From Klebsiella pneumoniae (lineage in GTDB: Bacteria; Verrucomicrobiota; Verrucomicrobiia; Limisphaerales; SXTU01): a DNA stretch of 64,000 bases. The DNA lies in the NCBI GenBank assembly GCA_943330855.2, contig CALQJI020000012.1, positions 6,397-70,396 on the forward strand. The letters are read 5' to 3'. Below, piece after piece: positions 18,403 to 31,309 of this stretch. The notes below the pieces were generated by a model. The model was not told the DNA's origin, made no database searches, and worked only from the letters and a program-made list of their open reading frames with translations. The position numbers and the translations under genes were made by a program. Position 1 is the stretch's first letter. Each line of letters begins with the position of its first letter.

Positions 18403-21240
18403 TTACACCGCGTGCTGCCCCGCGCCGTCGTGGCCTTCGCCGTCGAGGTCGATGAGGATGTCGCGAGGCTCGGCGCCCTTGCTGGGACCGACGTAGCCGC
18501 GTTCTTCGAGCACGTCCATGATGCGGGCGGCGCGACCGTAGCCAATCTTGAGGCGGCGTTGCAGGAGCGAGACGCTGGCCTTTTGCTCGCTGCGGATGAC
18601 CTCGATGCATTGTTCGATGAGTTCCTCGTCTTCGCCGTCGCCTTCCTCGGCATCGAAGGCTTGGGGCGTGGTGCCGGCCGCCTTTTGCAGGGCGTTGTGG
18701 ATCTCCAGCTCGTAGCTGGGCTTGCCCTGCTTGGCGATGAAGTCCACGCACTGATTGATTTCCTCGTCGGTGATGAGCACGCCCTGCGCGCGGGTGAGCT
18801 TCGCGGAGCCGGGCGGCAGGTAGAGCATGTCGCCCTTGCCGAGCAATTTGTCCGCGCCCATCGCGTCGAGAATGGTGCGGGAGTCCACCTTGCTGGCGAC
18901 TTGGAAGGCGATGCGCGCGGGGATGTTGGCCTTGATGACGCCGGTGATGACATCCACGGAGGGGCGCTGCGTGGCGACGATGCAGTGGATGCCGGCGGCG
19001 CGGGCCATCTGCGTGATGCGCGCGATGCACATCTCCACATCAGCGGGCGCGACGAGCATGAGGTCGGCAAGCTCGTCAATGATGCAGACAATGTAACTGA
19101 GCTTTTCGGGGATGATGATGTCCTCGTCGCGCGGCACGACAATCTGCTCGTCAATCTGCACGGCGAACCCATCCGCGCCGGCCTCGACCTTTTCCTTGGT
19201 CACGGACAAGGGCAGCTCCAGTTCCGCCGGGGGCAAGGGCTTGTCCTTGGGGCGGTCGTTGAAGGACTTGATGTTGCGCACGCCGACGCGGGCGAAGATT
19301 TGGTAGCGCTTCTCCATCTCGTTCACCACCCAGCGCAGCGCCAGGATGACCTTCTTCGGGTCGGTGACGACAGGGACGACGAGGTGGGGCAGGGCGTTGT
19401 ATTGCTGCAGCTCTACGACCTTGGGGTCAATCATCACGAAGCGGAGCTGGTCGGGGGAGAACTTGTAGAGCAGCGACGCGACGATGGAGTTGATGCAGAC
19501 GGATTTGCCGGAGCCGGTGCTGCCGGCGATGAGGATGTGCGGCATCTCGGCGAGGTCGGAGATGACGGGTGTGCCGTAAACGTCCTTGCCGAGCGCGAGC
19601 GGGATGCGGGCCTTGGAGTTCTTCCACTCATCGGATTCGAGCAGGTCGCGCATGATGACCTTGGTCTTCACGCGGTTTGGCACCTCGATGCCGACGGAGG
19701 ACTTGCCGGGCACGGGCGCAAGGATGTTGATGCGCTCGGCCTTGAGCGCGGCGGCGATGTTGTTGTTGAGCGCGGCAATCTTTTCGAGCTTCACGCCGGG
19801 CGCCGGGTGCAGCTCGTAACGCGTGATGGTCGGGCCTTTGGTGATATCGCCGAGCGCCACCTCGATGTCGAACTGCGCGAGCGTGTTCTTCATCAACTGC
19901 GCGTTGGCCATCAGCTCCTCCTTGGTCTCGGTGGGCTTCAGCGTCATGTCCGCGTGCTGGAGGAAGTCGAGCGGCGGGAGCTGGTAATTGCCGATGAGCG
20001 GCACGCTCGCGACGGTCATCGGCTTGTGCTTCTTGGGCACGGGGCGCGAACGCGGGCGGCCCCCGCTGTTGTCGTAGATGTTGGGCGCGTCGGCGGGCTT
20101 GGCAACGGCGTCGAGCTTGGCTGGTGCCACGGCGACGGCCGCAGCTAGGGCGTCCGCGACGTGAACGAGCGGCTCGCCTTCGGCGACTGGCTCGGGCCTC
20201 GGCAACGGTTCGGCGGTGGGCTTCGCAGGCTCGGGCTTCTTGGTGAGGGCGCTGGTCTTGCCGAGTATGTCGCCCGTGGTCGCTGCGACAACCTCCTCGG
20301 CCTTGATGACGATGATCTCCTTCGCAGGCTTGGTGCTCTCGCCGGGGCTCCAATCTTCGGCGGGTTCATCGAGCTTCTCCTTGCGCTTGGCTTTGGCAGC
20401 GAGGTCGGCGGGGCGGGGCTGCGGCACGCTGAGGTCGCGGATGAGCGGCTCGGGCAAGGGCTTGCCATCCGCGCCGAGGTCGGGGCCGGACTTGGTCGGG
20501 GCGACTTCGGGTTCGGCCTCGGGTTCGGCCTTGGCGGGCTTGGTCTTGCTCGCCTTCTCGACTTCGCCCTGCAAGCGCTTGGCTTCCTTCGCCAGTTCCT
20601 GCGAACGCTTCTCCAGCGACAGTTCCTTGGCGCTCGGGGTGGTCGCGCTCACGGCGGAACCTGGCTCGGGATGGAACAGCCCACGCGCCCAATCGAGCAG
20701 CGCGTTGTTCGTGAGGAAGTGGAGGCCGACGAGGTAGAGCGTGAGGAAAAACAGCGTGGCCCCGAGGGTGCCGAGGAAGTGCTTGAAGAGATACTGGTTC
20801 AGCCACAGCCCGACCCAACCACCGGCGGAACCGGAGTTAATGGCGCTGACGATGCGCTCGAACGCACTCGGCGGCAGCAGATCGAACAGGCCCACGAGGC
20901 AGAGCAGGAGCGCCACGCACCACGGCCAACTGCGACGCAGGTGTTGGACCGGCTCCCAAAACGGGACCACGCCCAGCAGCAGCAGCAAGGGCGGCAGCAG
21001 ATACGCCGCCGCGCCGAAGGCGACGAAGGTCAGGTGCGCGAGCTTCGCGCCGAGCCGGCCGATGAGGTTGTGGATTTCGGCATTGGGCTCGGCGGTGTTG
21101 AAGGCGACATCATTCTTGTCGAAGGAGAACTGCGCCAACAGCAGCAGCACGGCGGCGGCCAGTAGCACGAGGCCCAGCACGCCGCCTTCACCGCGAGTGG
21201 GGGGCGGTTCCTCTTCGTTTGCGTTTTCCTTACGGGCCAT
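18403..21240 (-). CDS. ftsK: DNA translocase FtsK/SpoIIIE
   Basis: N-terminal TM segments and a Pro/Ala/Glu-rich linker. Walker A is GSTGSGKSV and Walker B is CIIDELADLM. The gamma domain reads ASVSLLQRRLKIGYGRAARIMD. Confidence 0.9.
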   Translation of the reverse strand: MARKENANEEEPPPTRGEGGVLGLVLLAAAVLLLLAQFSFDKNDVAFNTAEPNAEIHNLIGRLGAKLAHLTFVAFGAAAYLLPPLLLLLGVVPFWEPVQHLRRSWPWCVALLLCLVGLFDLLPPSAFERIVSAINSGSAGGWVGLWLNQYLFKHFLGTLGATLFFLTLYLVGLHFLTNNALLDWARGLFHPEPGSAVSATTPSAKELSLEKRSQELAKEAKRLQGEVEKASKTKPAKAEPEAEPEVAPTKSGPDLGADGKPLPEPLIRDLSVPQPRPADLAAKAKRKEKLDEPAEDWSPGESTKPAKEIIVIKAEEVVAATTGDILGKTSALTKKPEPAKPTAEPLPRPEPVAEGEPLVHVADALAAAVAVAPAKLDAVAKPADAPNIYDNSGGRPRSRPVPKKHKPMTVASVPLIGNYQLPPLDFLQHADMTLKPTETKEELMANAQLMKNTLAQFDIEVALGDITKGPTITRYELHPAPGVKLEKIAALNNNIAAALKAERINILAPVPGKSSVGIEVPNRVKTKVIMRDLLESDEWKNSKARIPLALGKDVYGTPVISDLAEMPHILIAGSTGSGKSVCINSIVASLLYKFSPDQLRFVMIDPKVVELQQYNALPHLVVPVVTDPKKVILALRWVVNEMEKRYQIFARVGVRNIKSFNDRPKDKPLPPAELELPLSVTKEKVEAGADGFAVQIDEQIVVPRDEDIIIPEKLSYIVCIIDELADLMLVAPADVEMCIARITQMARAAGIHCIVATQRPSVDVITGVIKANIPARIAFQVASKVDSRTILDAMGADKLLGKGDMLYLPPGSAKLTRAQGVLITDEEINQCVDFIAKQGKPSYELEIHNALQKAAGTTPQAFDAEEGDGEDEELIEQCIEVIRSEQKASVSLLQRRLKIGYGRAARIMDVLEERGYVGPSKGAEPRDILIDLDGEGHDGAGQHAV

Positions 21241-21347
21241 CCGCGTAGACTAGGGAAGCGGAGCGGAAAATGAAAAAGGAAATCGCGGAAACACAGTTCC
21301 GCCGCGTGACCCCAAGGGAAGGGCGAGCAGCCACGGCCAAAAACTCT

Positions 21348-21421
21348 GGAGCGCGGACGCCCACGTCCGCAGCCGAGGTGGAACTGGAAGATGCAGGTGC
21401 GGACGTGGGCGTCCGCGCTCC
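21348..21421. repeat. REP-like palindromic element, copy 2 (terminator after the AsmA-like gene)
   Basis: A perfect 24-bp inverted repeat: GGAGCGCGGACGCCCACGTCCGCA (21348-21371) and TGCGGACGTGGGCGTCCGCGCTCC (21398-21421), with a 26-nt loop. The left arm is nearly identical to copy 1. It starts 2 nt from the upstream stop codon. Confidence 0.65.
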
Positions 21422-21422
21422 G

Positions 21423-24400
21423 TCACTTCTTCTTGAAGAATGGGTTGTTCAGCAGGTTGTTCAGCGGGTTGGCGGGTTTGGCGGCTGGAGCGTTGGTGCT
21501 CGTCCCAGCCGGAGCGGCGGGCTGGCCACCGCCGAAGAGATTGTTTAACGCCCCGCCCGCGCCCTTCAGCGTGTCACCCGCTTTGCCGCCGATGAGGCCG
21601 CCAATCGCGCCGACGTTCCCGATGACCGCGCTGCCGATGAGCTTGGCCTTGTCCACCTTCACGTCGGGCGTGCCAATCGTCCCGCGCACATCTACGAAGT
21701 GCGGGAGCCGTCCGTAGGCCGAGCCAGCCGGGAACTGCGCGCCGGTGAACTTCTTCGCGAAGTCGTTCGGCAACCACACTTCGATGGGAATGCTCATCGT
21801 CGAGTTGGTCGTGATGGCGGCGAGCTGGATGACCCCCTGCGCGTCCACGATGACCACCGGGCTGTGCGCCACCACGCGGGTGAGTTTGACCGTGCCGCTG
21901 GCGATGCTCGTGTCCACGACCACGTAGTCAATCGGCGGGCGCATGATGTCGGGGATGCCAACTGCCGGCCCGATGAACGCGAGGATGCCGGAGGTGAGCG
22001 TCTTGCCCAGCTTGCCCAACGCCGTCTTCGGCTCACTGCCCATCTGGCTCAGTTGAATCACCCCGTTCGTCACGCTGAAGTTCACGTTGCCCTGCAAGTT
22101 CCGCTGCAAGCTTTCGCCCGTCACGCCCGCGCCGCGAATGGCAATCTTCGCCAGCGCCTCGCCCTTGATGGACCCCTGCGGAATCGTCGCCGCGAAGGTC
22201 GTGATGAGCGGCTCCAACTGAATGCGGTCGGTGTTCAGCGCGAAGTCGTAGGTGTAGCCGGGCACGCCGAGGTTCGCGTCCACGGTGGCGCTCAGGCCCG
22301 CGCCGTTCATCACCAGCGAGAGCGGCTGCACGGTCACACGGTTGTTATCCACCTTGGCGGCAACGACGAAGTTCGCGATGGCGATGTCGCGCAGGAAGAA
22401 CTTCCCGATGTTCACGTCCAGCGAAGTCTGGCGGAGCGGCAGCTTCATGGCGGGCGGCTCGACGAGCGAGGCGGGCTGCGGCGCGGGCGCGGGCTTCGCG
22501 GCCTCGGCTTTCTTCTGCGCGCTGTCGAACAAGTCGTAGAACGGCGTCACGTCCAGCGACTCGGCGGCGACCTTGAGGTTCGCCTGGTAAGCATTCGTGT
22601 TCGACAGGTCGGCGCGGCCCGTGACCACGAGCTGGTTCTTGCCGCGCGGCGTCGGCGTGAGCGCAAGCATGAGCTGCTTCACGTCCACGACCTGCTTGCT
22701 CATCCCACCGTCGAGCACGACTTGCAGGAACAGCGGCGTCTCGGGTAAGCCGCCCTTTGGGTCGCGCACAACGAGCTTGTCCACGGTGAGGTCGGCCTTC
22801 ACCGCGCCGTCGCCGGACGGGGTGAACTGCCCGCTGGCATTGGCGTTGATGGAGACGGTCTGGAGCTGCTTGTCGCCCAGCGCCGCGCCGACGAAGGGCT
22901 TCAGCGCGTTCTGGTTCAGGTCCGCGAGCTTGAGCGTGAACTGGCCGCCCTTCTTGGAATCGAAATTCCCGGTCACGTCGAAGTTGCCGCCGCTGGCCGC
23001 GCCCTGCGCGATGTTGCCGGTGAGCTTGCGCACCGCGATGACCATCTGGTTCGTCGCGGGCTGGGCGAAGGAGCCGTCCACCGCCACGCGCACGTCCATC
23101 GGCACGGTGGGCAAGGTGTTCTTCGGGTCGGTCATCAGGAAGCGCGCGACAGAGAGGTCAGCGGTCAACGCGCTCTCGCCCTTCGCGGCGAACTTCGCGT
23201 TGGCATTCGCGTTGATGGTGACGGAGACAAGTTTCTTGTCGCCGAGCGCGCTGGCCAGCACGGGACCGAGCAGGGCTTCGTTGAAGTCCGTGAGCTTCAC
23301 GGTCGCGGCTCCGGCGAGCGCCTTGGAGTCGAAGCTGCCCGTGATGTCGAAGCTGCCGCCGGGCTTGCCGTTCGCGTTCACGCCGCCCGCCAAGCGATTG
23401 AGCGTGATGAGCATTTGGTTGGTGGCGGGCTGGCGCAGCACCGCGTCGGTCACGATGCGCAGGTCGAGCGGGACGTTCGGAACGGTGCCCTTCGGGTCGG
23501 AGATGTGGAGGCGCGCGACCTGCACGTCGGCCTTCACGAGGGTGTCGGCGGCGGGGTTGTAGTTCGCGTCGAGCGTGAGGCTGATGTTGCCCGAGAGCAG
23601 CTTCATGTCACCGAGCGACGGCGCGAGGACGGGGCGGAGGAGTTGCTCGTTGAGGTTCGCCACCTTCACCGAGGCGGTGCCGGCGGACTTCTTCAAGTCG
23701 TAGTTCGCCGCGACTTCCACCGTGCCCGCCGGCTGGCCTGCGAGCGACAGCGCGACGGCCAGCTTGCGCACAATGGCCTGCGCGCCGTTTACGAAGTCCG
23801 CGTCCACGTCCACGGCGGTCGTGAGGCGGTCGAAGGCATACTTCTCAAAGCCTCCCGTGAAGTCCGTCAGCTCCAGCTTGCCGTTCAACGTCTGCGTCGT
23901 GTTCGTCTGCTTGTTCGCGATGGCCACCTGCTGCGCAACGCGACCCGCGAAGCTGACCTGCCCGCCCGCGACCTTCACGCCGGGCGGCAGGGGCGCGAGC
24001 ATGGCGGCGCGCGTGAGCGAGGCGGCGAGGGAGACGCCGAGGTTGACGTTCATGGGGCCCAAGTCCGCGACGCCAGCGGCGGCGATGTTCGCGAGCGGCT
24101 GTCCCTGCTGCGTGGCCTTCGCGTCGAGGAGTTCGAGCTTCACCTGCTTGAAGTCATCCACGGTCGCCTTGAGCGAGACGTTCGCGCCGAGCTGGTTGAA
24201 CTGGTTCGTGCCCGCGATGGCGGTGAGTCCGGCGACGTTCGCCGTGAGGTTCACCCCGAGCTGCTTGCCCATGTTCTGCGCGGCGACTTGCAGCGCCACG
24301 TCCACGCGTCCGTCCGGCGCGACCTTGCCGAGGAAGGGCCGCCAGTCGGCGAGATTCAGCCCCGTCACGTTCAGCGCGAACTCCGAGTCGCCGACGTTGC

Positions 24401-25694
24401 TCGCGGCGTTCGTGCTCCACGAAACGGCGAGCGGCTTGGAGAGCGTGGCGGAGAGGAGCGGCTGCTGCTGGCGCGTGCCGGTGAAGTTGAACGTGCCGAC
24501 GGTCGCGGCCTGCGCGGTCAGGTCCACGGCGACTTGGTAGGCGAGCTTCAAGTCCAGCGGCGGCGTGGTTTGGCCCTGCTGGGTCACGCCGAAATTATTC
24601 GCGGCGAACTGCCCGGCGGCGGCGATGGACTTGCCGGCCTTGGCCAGCGTGATTTCGTTCGTGAGGGAGATGCTGGTGTTGCCGAAGTCGAGGCCGAGCT
24701 TCGCGCCGACGATGTTCAGCACGTTCTTGTCGAGACCGGCTACGTCGAGGCGGACCTTGCCCTCCATCGTCTGCGCGTCGAACGGCCCGCTGGCCGTGAC
24801 CGTCGCGAGCTGCTGCTGGCCGCGCGCGACCCGGAGCGCGAACTGTTTGATTTCCGTCATCGTCAGGTCGAGGTCGAGCGCGGTGGCGAGGCCGTTGGCA
24901 TCCGCGAAACCGCCGCGCGCCTGCGCGAGGTCGAGGCGGAGATTGCCCTTGATGCCCTGCGGCAACAGCTCGGGCTTGAGCGCGAAGTCGAAGGAGGAAG
25001 CCAGCTTGGCCGCGAGCGCATCCACCGTGTTCGTGCCGCCGGCGGTCTGCTCGAACTTGAGGTCGGTGCCGAGGGTGAGCTTGCCGGTCTGGCCGTTCTG
25101 GATGTTCGAGGCGGTGAGGTTCACGCCGGTGAGTTCGGCGAGCAGCTTCGCGCCGGACTTCTCGGACTTGGCGAAGCGGATGGTGGAATCCTTCACGCTG
25201 ATGGACTTGATGTTGAGCTTCGGCGGCGCGGAGGGCGAAGTGGTGGCGGGCTTGGCGGGCGCGGGGCCCTTCGACTCGGTGGCCTTGACGATGGGCGTGA
25301 AGTTGAACGTGCCATCGGGGTGCTGCACGACGTTGATGGTCGCGCCGCTGACGGCGGCTTCCTCGACGGTGATGGTGCCCCGAATGATGTCCATGAGGCT
25401 GTAGCGCGCACGGATTTCCTTCGCGGTGAAGAGCGGTTCGCCGCCGGGAACCTGGAGCTTCACGCCGACCAGCGTGACGCCGGAGAACGGGCTGATGCTG
25501 GTGTCCTCGACGGTGAGATCCGCGCCGATGGCCTTGGCGACGCGCGGCAGCACGACGCCCTTCTGAAACATCGCGCTGGTTACGACGAAATAGGCGACGA
25601 CCAGCAGAACGAACAGCCCGGCAGCGGCGAGACCGAGCTTCTTGAGCAGTCCGGACTTCTTCGGCGCGATGGGAATGGAGAGGTTGTCAGTCAT
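21423..25694 (-). CDS. Giant AsmA-family/TamB-like envelope protein
   Basis: 1423 aa with an N-terminal TM anchor (LAAAGLFVLLVVAYFVV). The body is a long beta-rich, Thr/Ala/Asn/Val-rich repetitive region, and the C-terminus is Gly/Asn-rich. Family assignment is by overall architecture only. Confidence 0.55.
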   Translation of the reverse strand: MTDNLSIPIAPKKSGLLKKLGLAAAGLFVLLVVAYFVVTSAMFQKGVVLPRVAKAIGADLTVEDTSISPFSGVTLVGVKLQVPGGEPLFTAKEIRARYSLMDIIRGTITVEEAAVSGATINVVQHPDGTFNFTPIVKATESKGPAPAKPATTSPSAPPKLNIKSISVKDSTIRFAKSEKSGAKLLAELTGVNLTASNIQNGQTGKLTLGTDLKFEQTAGGTNTVDALAAKLASSFDFALKPELLPQGIKGNLRLDLAQARGGFADANGLATALDLDLTMTEIKQFALRVARGQQQLATVTASGPFDAQTMEGKVRLDVAGLDKNVLNIVGAKLGLDFGNTSISLTNEITLAKAGKSIAAAGQFAANNFGVTQQGQTTPPLDLKLAYQVAVDLTAQAATVGTFNFTGTRQQQPLLSATLSKPLAVSWSTNAASNVGDSEFALNVTGLNLADWRPFLGKVAPDGRVDVALQVAAQNMGKQLGVNLTANVAGLTAIAGTNQFNQLGANVSLKATVDDFKQVKLELLDAKATQQGQPLANIAAAGVADLGPMNVNLGVSLAASLTRAAMLAPLPPGVKVAGGQVSFAGRVAQQVAIANKQTNTTQTLNGKLELTDFTGGFEKYAFDRLTTAVDVDADFVNGAQAIVRKLAVALSLAGQPAGTVEVAANYDLKKSAGTASVKVANLNEQLLRPVLAPSLGDMKLLSGNISLTLDANYNPAADTLVKADVQVARLHISDPKGTVPNVPLDLRIVTDAVLRQPATNQMLITLNRLAGGVNANGKPGGSFDITGSFDSKALAGAATVKLTDFNEALLGPVLASALGDKKLVSVTINANANAKFAAKGESALTADLSVARFLMTDPKNTLPTVPMDVRVAVDGSFAQPATNQMVIAVRKLTGNIAQGAASGGNFDVTGNFDSKKGGQFTLKLADLNQNALKPFVGAALGDKQLQTVSINANASGQFTPSGDGAVKADLTVDKLVVRDPKGGLPETPLFLQVVLDGGMSKQVVDVKQLMLALTPTPRGKNQLVVTGRADLSNTNAYQANLKVAAESLDVTPFYDLFDSAQKKAEAAKPAPAPQPASLVEPPAMKLPLRQTSLDVNIGKFFLRDIAIANFVVAAKVDNNRVTVQPLSLVMNGAGLSATVDANLGVPGYTYDFALNTDRIQLEPLITTFAATIPQGSIKGEALAKIAIRGAGVTGESLQRNLQGNVNFSVTNGVIQLSQMGSEPKTALGKLGKTLTSGILAFIGPAVGIPDIMRPPIDYVVVDTSIASGTVKLTRVVAHSPVVIVDAQGVIQLAAITTNSTMSIPIEVWLPNDFAKKFTGAQFPAGSAYGRLPHFVDVRGTIGTPDVKVDKAKLIGSAVIGNVGAIGGLIGGKAGDTLKGAGGALNNLFGGGQPAAPAGTSTNAPAAKPANPLNNLLNNPFFKKK

Positions 25695-25986
25695 AAAGTT
25701 GGGAGCGGCAGGTTCAGCACCGCAGGGAACATACGACGAGTTGGCGCGGGCGACAGTTCAAAACTGCCGCCGCCGAGGTGGCGGCAAAGGACAGGTTTTG
25801 AGCGGAGTGGGAGCGGTCTAGTTTGGATACCCGCTTGTTGTTGGGTAAGCCCCCAAGCGGTCAGAGTGATGGGAAAAGCCTTTGAATCGGAGCCGATATT
25901 TTAGGGCTCTCTTACACTCGGCAGAAGCCGGGTGCTGAGAGTAGCGAAGGCCGGGCTGCTCGCCGCCTAATGAAACTAGGGAGCGC

Positions 25987-27228
25987 TCACCCCTCCACCA
26001 CAACCGTCACTTTCTGAATGGCATTCCGCCCGGCCTTCGCGAACGGCCTGGGCATCGGCTGGCCGTGGCCGGCGAGGTCTACGGTGCGGCAGCGGAGGTC
26101 ATACTTGCCGGGCTTCACATCGCGGAGTAGCGCGGCCCAGTGGCAGAGCGTGTAGCGCATCGGCCATTCGCGCGGCTGGCGCGTCGCGGGGTCGAACTGC
26201 GCGGGGTGCAGCCGGCTGATGTCCATTTCACCCGCCCAGTTCACGGGCAAGGGCAGGATGCGCGCTTCCTGCCAGGGCGCGGTGGTGAAGTGCGGGTCAT
26301 CCTTGGGTAGCGGCGCGTCCTGCGGGTGAAGCCAGTATTGCACCCGAGCGAGCCCGGATACGCCTACTTGCGCCTGCCCGGTGATGGCGAAGGACGTCCC
26401 GGCCTTCACCTTCTCCGGCGTGGAGACGAAGCGCGCGAAGGTCTTGAGCCAACTGTGCGTGTCGTTGTTGCCGTTGGCGTAAGTGTCGTCGGACTGGTGC
26501 TTGTTTGTGAGGACGACCTGCGTGAGCCACTTCACTGATTTGAAGCCGTAGGACTCGGGCACAATCATCCGCACCGGGCCGCCGCGCTTGCCGGTGAGCC
26601 ACTCGCCGTTGAGCTTGTAGCAGAGCATGACGGGGAGCTCGCCGGGCGGGTCTTCGAGCACGCGGTTGATGGGGAGCCAGCACTGGAAAATCTGCTTCCG
26701 GTCGTCGTTGTGGTAGCCGTGGTAGAAGACGTGGCGGATGTTTTCCTTCGGCTCCGTGAGCCAGAGCACGTCGCGCAACGGCACGCCCTCCCACAAGCCG
26801 AAGCCCAGCGGATTGAAGATGTTGTTGCAGGTGACGACCTTGAGGTAACGCACGGCCTTGGTCTCCGCGAGTTTGAGCAGGGCGTCGAAGGTGAAGGCGT
26901 TGCCAGCGGCCTTCGTGAGCGGGTTTTCCAATTTGGAATTGCTCTGCGGGTCGGCGAAGACTTCGAGTTTCCACGTGTCGCGTTCGAGTCCGACCTCGCG
27001 GCGTTTCTCCAGCGGCAGCGTGTAGGGCAGTGGCGTGCCACGCTCGACGGTGTTGAACTCCGCGTGCGGCGTCAGGCAACGCGAACCGATGCTGGCGATG
27101 GCTCGGGCGAGCACGGGGTCGTCGGCTGACGCGGCCGGCGCGAGCGACGCGCCTTGGGCGACAGCGACGCCCGCTGCGCCGAGACGCAAAAAGTCGCGAC
27201 GGGTGAAGGGGGATGAGGAGCGGGTCAT
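25987..27228 (-). CDS. Molybdopterin-dependent oxidoreductase (sulfite-oxidase fold) with Tat signal
   Basis: The twin-arginine leader is TRRDFLRLGAAGVAVA. The Moco-domain segment GGPVRMIVPESYGFKSVKWLTQVVL is present. I used the ATG at 27226-27228. Confidence 0.75.
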   Translation of the reverse strand: MTRSSSPFTRRDFLRLGAAGVAVAQGASLAPAASADDPVLARAIASIGSRCLTPHAEFNTVERGTPLPYTLPLEKRREVGLERDTWKLEVFADPQSNSKLENPLTKAAGNAFTFDALLKLAETKAVRYLKVVTCNNIFNPLGFGLWEGVPLRDVLWLTEPKENIRHVFYHGYHNDDRKQIFQCWLPINRVLEDPPGELPVMLCYKLNGEWLTGKRGGPVRMIVPESYGFKSVKWLTQVVLTNKHQSDDTYANGNNDTHSWLKTFARFVSTPEKVKAGTSFAITGQAQVGVSGLARVQYWLHPQDAPLPKDDPHFTTAPWQEARILPLPVNWAGEMDISRLHPAQFDPATRQPREWPMRYTLCHWAALLRDVKPGKYDLRCRTVDLAGHGQPMPRPFAKAGRNAIQKVTVVVEG

Positions 27229-27349
27229 GTGGTGGCTGGAACAGTCGCGTCGGCTCGTCGCGCACGTCAAGTGCTGCAGCGCCGCTCTGCTTCGGTTCCA
27301 ATCCACGCGCCTGGCTTCCCTTCGCGCTGGCTTGCTCCATACTCCCGCC

Positions 27350-28078
27350 GTGCGCATCTCCATCGTCTTGCCCGCTTTCAACGAGGAGAAACTCATCGGC
27401 GCGACCTTGCAGGCCGTTCACTCCGCGCGCGAAGCGTTCACCGCAGTCGGCTGGGAAAGCGAAGTCATCGTCTGCGACAACAACTCGACTGACCGCACCG
27501 GCGAGCTTGCACGGGCCGCGGGCGCGAAGGTGGTCTTCGAGCCGGTGAACCAAATCGCCCGCGCGCGAAACTCCGGCGCAGCGGCGGCCACGGGCGACTG
27601 GCTCGTCTTCGTGGACGCGGACTCGCACGTGAACCGCGAGCTCCTCGCCGACGTGGCGGAAGTCATTCGTGGCGGACGGCATTTGGCGGGCGGCTGCACC
27701 ATCCGCCTCGACCACGCGCCGTGGTGGACAGGGTTCTTCGTGCATGGGTGGACCACCGTGAGCCGCTTGCTGCACTGGGCCGCCGGCTCGTTCATCTTCG
27801 TCGAGGCGGCAGCGTTCCGCGCGGTCGGCGGCTTCAATCAAGCGCTCTACGCGACGGAGGAAATTGACCTGAGCCAACGCCTCAACCGCCTCGCCCGCCA
27901 ACGCAAGCTCCAGCCCCTGCGCATCCTCACGCGCCACCCGTTGCTCACCTCGGCTCGCAAGGCGCACCTCTACACGCCGTGGGAGCACGTGCGTTTCCTC
28001 TTGAAGACCGCCTTCAGCCTGGGCCGCTCGTTGGGCCACCGCGACGCCTGCCCCATCTGGTATGACGGGCGGCGGTGA
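27350..28078 (+). CDS. Family 2 glycosyltransferase
   Basis: ISIVLPAFNEEKLIG, CDNNSTD and FVDADS are GT-A motifs. I chose the GTG start at 27350; the start is uncertain. Confidence 0.7.
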   Translation: MRISIVLPAFNEEKLIGATLQAVHSAREAFTAVGWESEVIVCDNNSTDRTGELARAAGAKVVFEPVNQIARARNSGAAAATGDWLVFVDADSHVNRELLADVAEVIRGGRHLAGGCTIRLDHAPWWTGFFVHGWTTVSRLLHWAAGSFIFVEAAAFRAVGGFNQALYATEEIDLSQRLNRLARQRKLQPLRILTRHPLLTSARKAHLYTPWEHVRFLLKTAFSLGRSLGHRDACPIWYDGRR

Positions 28079-28126
28079 ATACCTGCGGTTCACAAGCGAG
28101 TCCATGACTGGAGCCAACCACGAACC

Positions 28127-31306
<3,180 letters not shown>

Positions 31307-31309
31307 GCT

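Noticed and set aside
25765-25786. A small hairpin (TGCCGCC-n8-GGCGGCA, with outer CAAAAC/GTTTTG) in the 293-nt spacer upstream of the AsmA-like gene
   Set aside because: The stem is short, the hairpin is not adjacent to a stop codon, and there is no second copy. The evidence for a regulatory element is insufficient.
27229-27349. A possible Moco riboswitch or other leader element upstream of the molybdoenzyme gene
   Set aside because: I recognised no conserved riboswitch-like sequence or convincing stem architecture by eye. A covariance-model scan would be needed.
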